From positions 6,449-70,448 of the IMG/VR virus record IMGVR_UViG_3300031938_000002: 64,000 bases of DNA; one strand, written 5' to 3'. The first letter of the stretch is position 1. Each line of letters opens with the position of its first letter. The translations under genes were made by a program, and so were the position numbers. This document shows positions 25,197 through 34,786 of the stretch, in pieces. The notes beneath the pieces are model-generated. The model was given only the letters and a program-made list of their open reading frames with translations, was not told the DNA's origin and searched no databases. This stretch comes from a virus (lineage: Duplodnaviria; Caudoviricetes).

Positions 25197-25753
25197 TGGC
25201 CCGCAAGAGCGCGGACTGGGCGCGAGTACGGGCGTTGTGCCCGCCCGAGCAGTACGGCTCGGAGGAGTGGCTGGCCCACTACCAGGCCAACCCCGAGACC
25301 CTCACCCAGATGCTGGGCGACCTGTTCCGGGTCTACAAGTCGGAGGAGGAGAAGGCCAAGGGCAACGCCAACCCCGCCGGTGGCCGGCGCAAGACCTACA
25401 TCAACGGGAACATGGACGAGCTGTGGGCCATCATCACGCCCAAGTTCTCCACCAAGCCGTTCCACGAGGCGTTCGAGGACCTGCGCGGCACCCGGTCACT
25501 GCGAGCGTTTGCAGTGAAGTCGGGGATCGACCACCGGCTGCTGTCCAGGATGCTGGCCGATTCCGCCGGCACGTTGAAGGGCCGCCGCTGCCCCGCCACC
25601 CGTTGGGACCTGGAGACCATCGCCAAGGCCGCAGGGGTGCACCCCGCCTACTTCGTGGAGTGGCGCGTGATGGTGGTGCACGACCTCATCACCGAGGTGT
25701 TCACCTCCCAGCCGAACCTGTCCATCAACGTGCTGAGGAGCCTGCGCCCGTGA
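25196..25753 (+). CDS. XRE-like HTH protein
   Basis: SLRAFAVKSGIDHRLLSRML...LETIAKAAGVHPAYF. Confidence 0.65.
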   Translation: MARKSADWARVRALCPPEQYGSEEWLAHYQANPETLTQMLGDLFRVYKSEEEKAKGNANPAGGRRKTYINGNMDELWAIITPKFSTKPFHEAFEDLRGTRSLRAFAVKSGIDHRLLSRMLADSAGTLKGRRCPATRWDLETIAKAAGVHPAYFVEWRVMVVHDLITEVFTSQPNLSINVLRSLRP

Positions 25754-27387
25754 GCGTCATCCAAGCCCTGGACGAGGAGGAGTGCTACCTCGCGGCGCTC
25801 ATGGACGACCCGGCCGGGATCGACCTGGCCGAGTTCTGCTGGACCGACGACACCCCCGGCCGGGCACACCGGCGCTACCGGGTCTGGGACTACCAGTGGC
25901 CCTGGTACCAGAACGACGAGGTGTACCAGATCGACCAGGCCGGCCGATCCCTGGGCAAGTCCCAAGGCATCCTCATGCGCGCGTTCGCGTTCCCGTACAA
26001 CTACCCGGGCCAGGAGATGCTCATCACCGCCCCCGAGCTGAACCACCTGGGACCCATCGTGGACAAGGTGGAGGACAAGTTCCTGTCCATCCGCTTCGGG
26101 CGGGAGATGCTGCCCCGGCAGAAGGGCGGCGGCATCAAGCACCAGCCGCAGTTCCAGGCCTCCTTCGTCAACGGCTCCCGGATCATGGGCCGACTGCCCC
26201 AGCGTGACGGCAAGGGCGTCAAGGGTCAGCACCCTCTGGTGCTGGAAGCCGACGAGATGCAGGACTACCCGCGCCAGGGCTGGATCGAGCTGATCGAGAC
26301 GATGAAGGCTGGCATACCTGGAGCCCAGTGGCGCTGCCACGGGGTGTCCAACGGCGTGCGGGACATGTACTACCGGATGACCAGCGACGACGCGGACATC
26401 CCGTTCTACGTGCACCGCTACATGGCCATGTACCGGCCCACCTGGAGCGCGAAGGAGCGCAAGGAGAAGATCGCCATCTACGGCGGCTCCCGGGACAACC
26501 CCGACTACAAGCGCAACATCTACGGCGAGCACGGCGACGTGTCCAACCGGGTGTTCGTGCTGTCCCGGCTCATGGCGTGCGTGCGGATCAACGAGTCCAC
26601 CTGGGCCACCGAGTACAACGACAACGTCTACACCCGGATCAAGGTGGAGGGGGAGTCCCTGGAGCGTCGGCCCATCGAGTCGTTCCTGCAGTTCCCAGGC
26701 TCCCACCTGAACAAGGCGTACACGTCGTTCTGGGCCGGCATGGACCTGGGCTTCACCAACGACCCGTCCGAGCTGCTGGTGTTCGGGCAGATCAGGCAGC
26801 GCCGCAACGAGCAGGACGTGGACGTGCTGCGGCTGCTGTCGCGCATCCACCTGATGCGCATCTCCGCCATCGACCAGGAGCGCGTCATCGAGGCGGTGTT
26901 CGACTTCTACGGCGCCCGGCTGCGTGCCCTGTCCATGGACAAGACCGGCGTGGGCCTGCCCATCTGGCAGCACATGGAGGCCAAGCCCGACCTGCGCCAG
27001 CGGGTGAAGGGCTACGGGTTCTCCGAGAAGCGGGCGGTCGAGTTCGATGACCGTCTGCCCACCGGGCGGGAGAAGCCCGAGGACCTGGTGATCGAGAAGA
27101 ACGTCATCGCGTTCGCCACCCAGAAGCTGCGCGAGTACGTGGACGCCGGCATGGTGGAGCTGCCGTGGGACCAAGAGTTGCTCACCGAGTTCCAGGGTCA
27201 AACGGTCGTTTACACCCGGGATGACGCCGCGGCCCGCGGCTCCCGGACCCGGTACGGCGCCGGCTCGTTCCACACGTTGGACGCGTCCAAGCTGATGATC
27301 CTGGGCAAGGAGTTGGAGGCCATCGAGGCGGCCCTGGCGCCCAAGCGTCGGCGTGGCCCCATCCTGGACGGCTTCATCGCCGTGTAG
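25750..27387 (+). CDS. terL: terminase large subunit
   Basis: AGRSLGKS (Walker A), LVLEADE (Walker B), HGVSNG coupling motif, AGMDLG / MDKTGVG / HTLDA nuclease acidic residues. Confidence 0.9.
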   Translation: MSVIQALDEEECYLAALMDDPAGIDLAEFCWTDDTPGRAHRRYRVWDYQWPWYQNDEVYQIDQAGRSLGKSQGILMRAFAFPYNYPGQEMLITAPELNHLGPIVDKVEDKFLSIRFGREMLPRQKGGGIKHQPQFQASFVNGSRIMGRLPQRDGKGVKGQHPLVLEADEMQDYPRQGWIELIETMKAGIPGAQWRCHGVSNGVRDMYYRMTSDDADIPFYVHRYMAMYRPTWSAKERKEKIAIYGGSRDNPDYKRNIYGEHGDVSNRVFVLSRLMACVRINESTWATEYNDNVYTRIKVEGESLERRPIESFLQFPGSHLNKAYTSFWAGMDLGFTNDPSELLVFGQIRQRRNEQDVDVLRLLSRIHLMRISAIDQERVIEAVFDFYGARLRALSMDKTGVGLPIWQHMEAKPDLRQRVKGYGFSEKRAVEFDDRLPTGREKPEDLVIEKNVIAFATQKLREYVDAGMVELPWDQELLTEFQGQTVVYTRDDAAARGSRTRYGAGSFHTLDASKLMILGKELEAIEAALAPKRRRGPILDGFIAV

Positions 27388-27398
27388 CCTCGCTTGCC

Positions 27399-27429
27399 GC
27401 TGCCCCCGGATTCGACCCCCGGGGGCAGC
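27399..27429. terminator. Hairpin after terL
   Basis: GCTGCCCCCGG...CCGGGGGCAGC 11-bp stem. Confidence 0.55.
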
Positions 27430-27489
27430 ACCATGTCATATGCTGTGCCCGCGCGCCGCCCCTGGCCTCTCCGGGGGCGGCGTTGCCGT

Positions 27490-27658
27490 TCACTGCTGGT
27501 GGTGGCGCGCCAGCGCGATCAGGTGGCAGATGCGGCACAGCATCAGGCCGCGCACGTTGGCCAGCCCCCGCCCGGTCCGGCTGCTTGCACCGCTGGCACC
27601 GCGGACCAGCGTTGCCGATGAGTGTCTCGACCCGATTGCCAATGGCGATCCCCCGCAT
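27490..27658 (-). pseudogene. Small CxxC...CxxC ORF interrupted by a one-base frameshift in a G5 run
   Basis: Removing one base of C5 at 27565-27569 joins ..PRCQRCKQPDRAG to LANVRGLMLCRICHLIALARHHQQ*. Confidence 0.4.
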
Positions 27659-27768
27659 GAGCCGAGGGTAGGGAGGGGCACCGACAGCGCCATCGGTACT
27701 TTCACCCATTCACGAGTAAAGCCTTGGTCAACAGGCGGATTCTGGCGCACCCGGCCGAATAACCGGCC

Positions 27769-28221
27769 ATGAAGGCGTCGTTGGAGGGCAACAGCGAGAC
27801 GGGGTTCATCCCGGCCACGCCGCCCGACCCTGCACTGCTGGCCGCCCTGGCTCACTCGATGGCCCCGCTGCGGCCCAGTCAGCCAGGCGCGTTCGCTGGC
27901 AACCCGCTCAACCCGATTCCCACCTCGGTGGGTTCGCGCGCTGAGGTGCTGTTGGAGCTGGCCGGCATCAAGGCCGCCATCCGCACCTGGCACGACAAGC
28001 AACCCGACGAGGTGATCCGGGAGGCGTCGGCCTACTCGGCGCGCCTGACCGAGATGTGGACCGAGCTGCGCCTGCTGGAGCAGTACGACCGCCAGTACAA
28101 CCAGATCAGGACCATGCAGGTCGACCCCGTCCTGCAAGAGGTCGACCGGCAGTACCGATTCGCCCAGTCCCGGATTGCCATGGCGCGCCAGGACATCGAC
28201 CTGCTGCGAGGTGGCGCATGA
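27769..28221 (+). CDS. hypothetical protein upstream of portal (150 aa)
   Basis: Coiled-coil-like C-terminus; ATGA overlap with portal. Confidence 0.75.
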   Translation: MKASLEGNSETGFIPATPPDPALLAALAHSMAPLRPSQPGAFAGNPLNPIPTSVGSRAEVLLELAGIKAAIRTWHDKQPDEVIREASAYSARLTEMWTELRLLEQYDRQYNQIRTMQVDPVLQEVDRQYRFAQSRIAMARQDIDLLRGGA

Positions 28222-29903
28222 CCGAGCGGGAAACGGGCGTTCTGATCGAGGGGGAGAACGGCGTCAACGTCGCCATGTCCCCGTCGGCAGCCGCCATCGA
28301 GGGCATCAACCCCAGGATGCAACAGATCGCCCGCCAGTTGGAGACCTGGGTGCAGAACACCCGCTCCGTCACCGGCAGGACGTCCCTGTTCGACCGGGGC
28401 AAGTACGTCGGCTCCGACAACCCCTACGACCAGATGCAGACCGCCCGGATCGCGGTGCGCGACGACGACGTGGTGGCCGCCACCATGGAGATGACCGAGG
28501 GTCTGGCGCTGCAGGGCATCAAGTGGGAGTCGGGGGACTGGGACACCACCGACATCTTCAACCAGATGGCCGCCGAGCAGAACCTTGACGGCGTCATGCG
28601 CAAGCTGTGGCGCGAGGAGTGCACCGACTCCCAGTTCACGGTCGCGCTGTGGTGGGACTGGGGCACCTTCAACGTGCGCGGCAAGACCACCAAGGGCAAC
28701 AAGCGCAAGAAGATGGTCAAGGTCTTCTACCCGCGCTCCATCACGTTGCTGGACGGCGCCCGCGTGGTCCCGGTGGGGATGCTGCAGTTCGGCCAGGAGC
28801 GCCTGGCCTGGCGCGCCACCAAGGGCGAGCTGCAGGCCTACGACCTGGTCCTGAACAACCAGATCAACGACGACCTCATCGACCGTTTCTACGCCGGCAA
28901 GTACATCGTCACCAACCCGGACGAGGCCCAGGCCCTGACCGCGTTGAAGGTCAACACCCAGCAGCTCCTGCTGCTGGACGAGAAGTACGTGCGCCGCCAC
29001 ACCGAGACCCGCCCCGACTACCAGCGGTTCGCCACGGTGCGGCTCAACTCCATCTTCCGCCTGCTCGACCTCAAGCAGCAGCTCCTGGAGGCGGACCGGG
29101 TGGCCCTGGTCGGCGCCGCCAATTACATCCTGCTGGTCAAGAAGGGTGACGAGAAGGACCCGGCCTACCCCGAGGAAATCGCCAACCTCAAGGAGAACTA
29201 CCACACCCTGGCGAAGCTGCCGGTGATCTTCAGCGACCACCGGCTCAACATCGAAATCGTGTCCCCCAAGCAGGACTTCACCCTGCAGCGGGAGAAGTAC
29301 GACGCGCTCGACTCGCGCATCGCCGCACGGATGCTCAACACCCTCGCCGCCCAGCACGGCGCCCGCGGCTCCGAGAACGCCTCCAGCAACCTGACCCGCC
29401 CGGTCGCCCGGGGGCTGGAGAGCCGCCGGCACATGCTGCGCCGGTTCCTGGAGCGCGAGCTGGCCAAGGCCGTCGTGGAGCACCCGAACAACGCAGGCCT
29501 GTTCGAGGAGGGGCCACCGTCGCTGGCCTTCTCTCCGCCCAGCATCCAGCTCGACTCCGACGCCGCGTTGGCCGCCATCATCATGCAGGCCCGCACCATG
29601 CGCGACCTGTCCCGGGAGTCGTTCCTGGAGTACTTCGGCTTCGACCAGGAAGTCGAGGCGATGCGCGTGGAGCTGGAGGCCGACAAGTACGACGACATCT
29701 TCAAGACCGCGGTGCCGTTCAACTCCCCGGCCAACAACCCCGGCGGCGGTGGCGGCGACCAGGGTGACGGCGCCCCGGTCGACCAGGCCCCCAACGGTGC
29801 GCGCGGTGGCCGCCCGGTCGGTGGCGGCACGCCCAAGCAGTCCCCGCAGTCCGCGCCCAAGCGCAACGCCAACGGCAACACCCAACCAGGGGGAGCGAAG
29901 TGA
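28218..29903 (+). CDS. portal protein (putative)
   Basis: 561 aa, position after terminase, helical, disordered C-terminal tail. Confidence 0.75.
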   Translation: MTERETGVLIEGENGVNVAMSPSAAAIEGINPRMQQIARQLETWVQNTRSVTGRTSLFDRGKYVGSDNPYDQMQTARIAVRDDDVVAATMEMTEGLALQGIKWESGDWDTTDIFNQMAAEQNLDGVMRKLWREECTDSQFTVALWWDWGTFNVRGKTTKGNKRKKMVKVFYPRSITLLDGARVVPVGMLQFGQERLAWRATKGELQAYDLVLNNQINDDLIDRFYAGKYIVTNPDEAQALTALKVNTQQLLLLDEKYVRRHTETRPDYQRFATVRLNSIFRLLDLKQQLLEADRVALVGAANYILLVKKGDEKDPAYPEEIANLKENYHTLAKLPVIFSDHRLNIEIVSPKQDFTLQREKYDALDSRIAARMLNTLAAQHGARGSENASSNLTRPVARGLESRRHMLRRFLERELAKAVVEHPNNAGLFEEGPPSLAFSPPSIQLDSDAALAAIIMQARTMRDLSRESFLEYFGFDQEVEAMRVELEADKYDDIFKTAVPFNSPANNPGGGGGDQGDGAPVDQAPNGARGGRPVGGGTPKQSPQSAPKRNANGNTQPGGAK

Positions 29904-31141
29904 CCCGCTACGGACAGATCGCCCACGGCTTCGTGTGGCCCGACGGGTTGCCGTCGTGCGTCTACTGCCAGCAGGGCGCCAACAGCCCGATCCACGTCAC
30001 CCCCGGCCAGGAGCCGTCGTTGGCGGCCGACAAGGCCACCCCGCGCATGCCGCAGCGCGCGCACGCCTACATGATGTCCAGCCCCACCCTGACCGCGAAC
30101 ATCTCCTGTCAGGCGTGCGGGCAGACCATGCGCTCCGGCCCGCACGGGGCGGGCATGCCGTCGGGGGCCATGCTGCGCGTGGAGGCCAAGGCCCGTTCGG
30201 ACAAGCCCACCCTGCCGGGGGAGGGCGACCGTTACCCCATCGAGAACGTCTCCGACCTGAAGAACGCCATCCAGGCGTTTGGTCGCGGCAAGCCCGAGGA
30301 CAAGGACAAGATCAAGCGCTGGATCATGCGCCGCGCCCGCGAGCTGAACGCCGCCAACCTGATCCCGGACGGCTGGACGCAGAAGGCGTTTGTGGCCGAG
30401 ATTGGTCACCGCCTGGTGTTCGCCGCCCCCGTGACAACGGACGTTTCCGCGGGGTCTTTGCCGCGTGAGGTGGCCGCTGAGTGGCAGCAGGCCAGCGAGG
30501 CCAACCCCAACTGGACCTGGATCGCCGGACGCTACGTGGAGGCCGACCGGCCCAACCGCAACGCCGCCTACTGGTCCACCGAGGACCTGGAGCTGGGGGA
30601 GCCCACCGTCCAGCACGGCCCGATCAACTGGCTGCACGAGGAGCGCCACATCATCGGCTCCATCGCCGCCTCCAAGATGGTGCGCCCTGAACGGCAGGCC
30701 GCGGACGCCAACGCCATCGGCAACCACATCGTGGTCCTCGGTGCGCTGTGGCCGCACGTCTACCCCCAGGAGGTCGGCGCCATCCAGAAGGCGTCCGAGG
30801 CCGGCAAGCTCTGGGTGTCCATGGAGTGCGTCTCCAAGGAGGTCGCCTGCCTGTCCTGCGACAACACCCTGTCCTACCGGGACTACATGGAGAAGGCGTC
30901 ACGCTGCGAGCACATGAACGACGGTATGCCGCGCCGGTTCAAGGACCCGGTGTTCGGTGGCGCCGGCATCATCGTGCCCCCGGTCCGGCCGGGCTGGGCC
31001 AACGCTGACGTTCGCGTCCTGATGCCTCAGGCCGCCGAGCTGGCCGAGCGCCAGGCCGCCTCCTTCACCGGAATGAGCACCACCGAGGCCGAGCTGCTGG
31101 TGGCTGAAATCCTGGTTCAGGCCGATGCTGACGCCGGCTGA
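29900..31141 (+). CDS. capsid maturation protease-like protein with a DUF6582-like N-terminal domain
   Basis: YPIENVSDLKNAIQAFGRGK..IKRWIMRRARELNA; NRN..W..EDL..GPINWLHE..IIG; WVSMECVSKEVAC. Confidence 0.6.
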   Translation: MTRYGQIAHGFVWPDGLPSCVYCQQGANSPIHVTPGQEPSLAADKATPRMPQRAHAYMMSSPTLTANISCQACGQTMRSGPHGAGMPSGAMLRVEAKARSDKPTLPGEGDRYPIENVSDLKNAIQAFGRGKPEDKDKIKRWIMRRARELNAANLIPDGWTQKAFVAEIGHRLVFAAPVTTDVSAGSLPREVAAEWQQASEANPNWTWIAGRYVEADRPNRNAAYWSTEDLELGEPTVQHGPINWLHEERHIIGSIAASKMVRPERQAADANAIGNHIVVLGALWPHVYPQEVGAIQKASEAGKLWVSMECVSKEVACLSCDNTLSYRDYMEKASRCEHMNDGMPRRFKDPVFGGAGIIVPPVRPGWANADVRVLMPQAAELAERQAASFTGMSTTEAELLVAEILVQADADAG

Positions 31142-31496
31142 CCTGTACGTGTATGCCGCCCGAGCCCAGCGGGTGGTCGACGGCGACACGGTCATGCTCG
31201 ACGTCGACCTGGGCGGCAAGGTGCACGCCTACTGGGACTGCCGGATGCGCGGCTACGACGCCCCCGGCCATCGCACCGTCCCAGGCACCAAGGCCACCAA
31301 GGCGCTGAGCGACCTGCTGATGGCCGCCGATCTGCTGGTGCGCACCCACAAGGACGAGAACGACAAGTACGGCCGGTACCTGGTGGAGATCACGCTCCCG
31401 GACGGCCGGGACGTCGCAACCACCATGGTGGACAACGGGTTTGGGCTCATCTGGGACGGCCACGGCGGTCATCCCGACCAGCCTGGTCACGAGTAG
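31125..31496 (+). CDS. thermonuclease (SNase-like)
   Basis: RVVDGDTV, RMRGYDAP, DKYGRYLVEI. Confidence 0.85.
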   Translation: MLTPADLYVYAARAQRVVDGDTVMLDVDLGGKVHAYWDCRMRGYDAPGHRTVPGTKATKALSDLLMAADLLVRTHKDENDKYGRYLVEITLPDGRDVATTMVDNGFGLIWDGHGGHPDQPGHE

Positions 31497-31582
31497 CCGA
31501 AAACGCTCGTTAGTTCCTGTCACCACCTGCCGATTGACCTCCCGAGCCGGCGCCGAGCCGGCGACACAACCGAGGAGGGCAG

Positions 31583-32137
31583 ATGGCAGACCGCACCTTC
31601 ACCGAGGGGGAGCACTACGCCCTGGTGGACGACGCGATCAAGCGTGAGACCGCTGCTGCCGCGACCCGTGTCTCCGAGCTCGAAACCAAGGTGACCGAGC
31701 TTCAGAACGCCAACGACGTCCTCGTGACGGAGAAGGCCGCGGAGATGCAGCGCGCAAACCAGGCGGCCCAGGCGCTGGATCAGTTCAAGCAGCAGATCGA
31801 GACCGAGAAGGCCCAGGAGGCGCAGCGCGCCGAGCGGACCGCGAAGGTGACCGAGGTCGCCCCCGCCCTCGAACTCACTCAGGAGCGTTCGGACCGCATC
31901 GTCGCCATGAGCGACGAGGTGTTCGAGTCCTACCTGGCCGACCTGCGCGAGGTGGCGGCCAAGTCCGCTGCCAAGCCCGCAGACGAGGCCAAGAAGGACG
32001 AGAAGAAGGCCGAGAAGGCCGCCGAAGGCTCCATCCCGCGCGAGTCGGCGGCCTTCGCCGGCAGCGACACCGACAACAAGGTCGCAGGGACCGTGCTGGG
32101 CGTCATCGGCGCCTCTCGCGCCCTGCGCAGCGCCTGA
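31583..32137 (+). CDS. scaffolding protein (putative)
   Basis: Coiled-coil, Glu/Ala/Lys-rich, precedes the capsid genes; GAGGAGG RBS. Confidence 0.75.
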   Translation: MADRTFTEGEHYALVDDAIKRETAAAATRVSELETKVTELQNANDVLVTEKAAEMQRANQAAQALDQFKQQIETEKAQEAQRAERTAKVTEVAPALELTQERSDRIVAMSDEVFESYLADLREVAAKSAAKPADEAKKDEKKAEKAAEGSIPRESAAFAGSDTDNKVAGTVLGVIGASRALRSA

Positions 32138-32151
32138 GAGGAGGGCACGCA

Positions 32152-32679
32152 ATGGCATCCGATTACGGACTCAACTTCGGTTTCCGCCGCTCCGACGAGA
32201 GCGTGCGCGTTTCCGAGGGCCGGCTCAAGACTCCGGTCACCGGAACCTTCCGGCTGGGCTCGCTCGTCACGTTCGACTCCGCCAACCCGGGCCGCCTCGC
32301 AGCGGCTGCGGCAGGTGCGGTGGGCGACGGTGCGACCGTGGGCCTCCTGGTGCAGGAGGAGGTGTGGGACCGCTCCATCTACGAGACCTCCCACCTCGAC
32401 TCCTTCTCCCTGGGCCTGGCCCGCAACGACCGTCCTGCGGTCATCACCGCCGGCTCCGGCACCAAGGTCTGGTTCAAGAACACCGCCGGCTCCACGCGCG
32501 CGGACGGTCGCACCACGACCGCCGTGACCATGGTCGACCTCACCGGCGTGAACGTCCTGGACTACCTGACCTGGGACGGCGCCAAGTTCATCAAGGGCAC
32601 CGGCGTCGCGGACTCCATGCTCCGCGTCACCTCTGTCGACGCCACCAACGGCTACTGCGAAGCCGTCCTCACCCGCTGA
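32152..32679 (+). CDS. capsid decoration / head stabilisation protein (putative)
   Basis: 175 aa beta-rich protein between scaffold and MCP. Confidence 0.65.
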   Translation: MASDYGLNFGFRRSDESVRVSEGRLKTPVTGTFRLGSLVTFDSANPGRLAAAAAGAVGDGATVGLLVQEEVWDRSIYETSHLDSFSLGLARNDRPAVITAGSGTKVWFKNTAGSTRADGRTTTAVTMVDLTGVNVLDYLTWDGAKFIKGTGVADSMLRVTSVDATNGYCEAVLTR

Positions 32680-32693
32680 AAGGAGTGACCCAA

Positions 32694-33668
32694 ATGAGCA
32701 CTGCAGTCAAGACTCTCGCTTCCACCAGGGCAGCCGCAGACCCGTGGGGCCGCTCCCCAGAGTCGGTGGAGGCCTACCAGAAGGCCCGCGAGGAGCTGAA
32801 CACGGCCGCGCGCGACCGCTGGGACGACCCGGAGTTCCACCGTCAGGTGGCCGCCGACCTGGAGTCCATCCTGGACTACCAGTTCACGTTCGAGAACCTG
32901 TTTGGCACCTACCTGGACGTCCAGAACGTCGGGGAGTTCGACAAGGTCACCCTGCGTGAGCGTCGCGGCCTCAAGGTGTTCCAGGCGGCCCGCGGTGGCT
33001 ACATCGAGGAAAGCCAGCTCCGCAACGAGATGTGGGAGCTTCCTCGGGAGACCATCGGGTTCCACGTCTCCGAGCTGATCGACAAGCTCCGCATGAACTT
33101 CGCGGAGACCATCGAGGAGCTGGTGGGCCTGGGTGGGCAGCGCATGGAGGCGGAGGTCAACCGCCGCATCTTCGCGCTCCTGCAGACCGCGGTCCCGAAC
33201 ACCTCGGCGTTCTACAAGTCGGTCAACGGCCTGGCCAAGGCCGACCTGGACACCGCGATCCGTGAGGTCAAGGACGCCATCAAGCCGAACGGTCAGGGTC
33301 CCGCCCCGGTCACCGTCATCGGTCGGGCGTCCATGGTCGACCAGATCAGCGACTTCAACCTGGGCTTCGACCCCGAGGCCACCAGCGAGATTCGTGCCAA
33401 GGGCCGCCTGGGCGTGTACCGCGGCGCGAACATCGTGCAGGTGGTGAACTACACCGACGACAACGGCGCTTCGTTCATCCCGGCCAACGAGCTGTGGGTG
33501 TTCGGCGGCAACGTCGGCAAGTTCGCCCTCTACGGCGGCATGCAGGTCAAGTCCTGGGACGAGAACACCGTGGACTACCGGCACTACCGCGCCCGCAAGG
33601 ACATCGGTGGCCTGGTCCACCACCCCGAGCAGGCTCGTCGTATCGTGGACTCGTCGGTCACCGCGTGA
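32694..33668 (+). CDS. major capsid protein
   Basis: 324 aa, AAGGAG RBS, very strong codon bias, followed by a terminator. Confidence 0.85.
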   Translation: MSTAVKTLASTRAAADPWGRSPESVEAYQKAREELNTAARDRWDDPEFHRQVAADLESILDYQFTFENLFGTYLDVQNVGEFDKVTLRERRGLKVFQAARGGYIEESQLRNEMWELPRETIGFHVSELIDKLRMNFAETIEELVGLGGQRMEAEVNRRIFALLQTAVPNTSAFYKSVNGLAKADLDTAIREVKDAIKPNGQGPAPVTVIGRASMVDQISDFNLGFDPEATSEIRAKGRLGVYRGANIVQVVNYTDDNGASFIPANELWVFGGNVGKFALYGGMQVKSWDENTVDYRHYRARKDIGGLVHHPEQARRIVDSSVTA

Positions 33669-33684
33669 CCTGACCCCTCCACAG

Positions 33685-33717
33685 CGAAGGCCCCCACCGT
33701 CATGGTGGGGGCCTTCG
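33685..33717 (+). terminator. Terminator after MCP
   Basis: 14-bp stem CGAAGGCCCCCACC-gtcat-GGTGGGGGCCTTCG. Confidence 0.85.
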
Positions 33718-33866
33718 TGCGTCGTCGCCTTCATTAGTTCCCCTGGCGCTTCTCCCCCCACTTCAAGGTTCGCCAGGACCGGCGTTCTCGGCGAAAACGA
33801 GCGTACTTCGTTTCCTCCCGCCATGTGACGACTTCAGGGCGCATCCCACCTCGCCAAGGAGCAGAC

Positions 33867-34001
33867 GTGCCTGAGACCCCCTCGCCGGACCCGGAGTCCG
33901 TGCCTGACGACTCGTTCGTGGAGGCCACCGCGCAAGACGTGGCCGGCCAGCCCGACATCCCCGCCGACCAGACCCCGTATGCCGACGAGGAGCAGTCGTG
34001 A
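33867..34001 (+). CDS. small acidic Pro-rich peptide (44 aa) coupled to the lysin
   Basis: AAGGAG RBS; GTGA overlap with the lysin start. Confidence 0.55.
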   Translation: MPETPSPDPESVPDDSFVEATAQDVAGQPDIPADQTPYADEEQS

Positions 34002-34756
34002 CCCTGCTGACGTTCGGCCGGATCGCGGCCGGTGAGATTGGGTTCCGCGAGGACCCGGCCCGCCCCAACATGACCCCGTACGGCGACTGGTACGGCATGG
34101 ACGGCCAGCCGTACTGCGCCATGGGCATCTCGTGGGCCGCAGCCAAGTCCGGGGACGCGGAAGGGTTCGGCGGCAAGTTCGCCTACTGCCCGTACTGGGT
34201 GCACTACTTCCAGAACGCCGGCCGCTGGTCCCAGACCCCGGAGCGCGGCGCCCTGGTGTTCTTCAACTTCGGCTACGACCTGGCCGTGCACGTCGGGTGG
34301 GTGGAGCAGGTGCTGCCCGGCAACCTGATCCAGACCGTCGAGTGGAACACGTCCTCGGGCAACCTGGGCTCGCAGAACAACGGCGACGGGGTGTTCCGGC
34401 GCATCCGCTCCACCCTGTGGGGCGTGGAGGGGTACGGCCACCCCCGGTACAACCCCGAGCCGGTGTCTCGCGCCATCGTGCGCGCCCCCATCCCGGCGCC
34501 GGTCAAGCTCACCGTGGACGGGGCGTTCGGCCCCAACACGGTCCGTGCCCTGCAGAAGTGGCTGGCCGTCCCGGTGGACGGTGCGTTCGGCCCCCAGTCG
34601 AAGAAGGCCCTGCAGCGCCGCCTGCGGGTCACCGCGGACGGCGTCGTGGGCACCAACACCATCAAGGCGTTGCAGCGCCTGATCGGCACCCGGGTCGACG
34701 GGGCGTGGGGTCCGAACACGACCAGCGCCCTGCAGACCTACCTCAACAAGCACTGA
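33998..34756 (+). CDS. CHAP-domain peptidoglycan hydrolase with C-terminal PG-binding repeats
   Basis: QPYCAMG, HVGWVE, TVEWNTS; DGAFGPNT, DGAFGPQS, DGVVGTNT and DGAWGPNT repeats. Confidence 0.9.
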   Translation: MTLLTFGRIAAGEIGFREDPARPNMTPYGDWYGMDGQPYCAMGISWAAAKSGDAEGFGGKFAYCPYWVHYFQNAGRWSQTPERGALVFFNFGYDLAVHVGWVEQVLPGNLIQTVEWNTSSGNLGSQNNGDGVFRRIRSTLWGVEGYGHPRYNPEPVSRAIVRAPIPAPVKLTVDGAFGPNTVRALQKWLAVPVDGAFGPQSKKALQRRLRVTADGVVGTNTIKALQRLIGTRVDGAWGPNTTSALQTYLNKH

Positions 34757-34786
34757 CAACGTTCGTTTCCCTCGCCAGGAGCAGCC

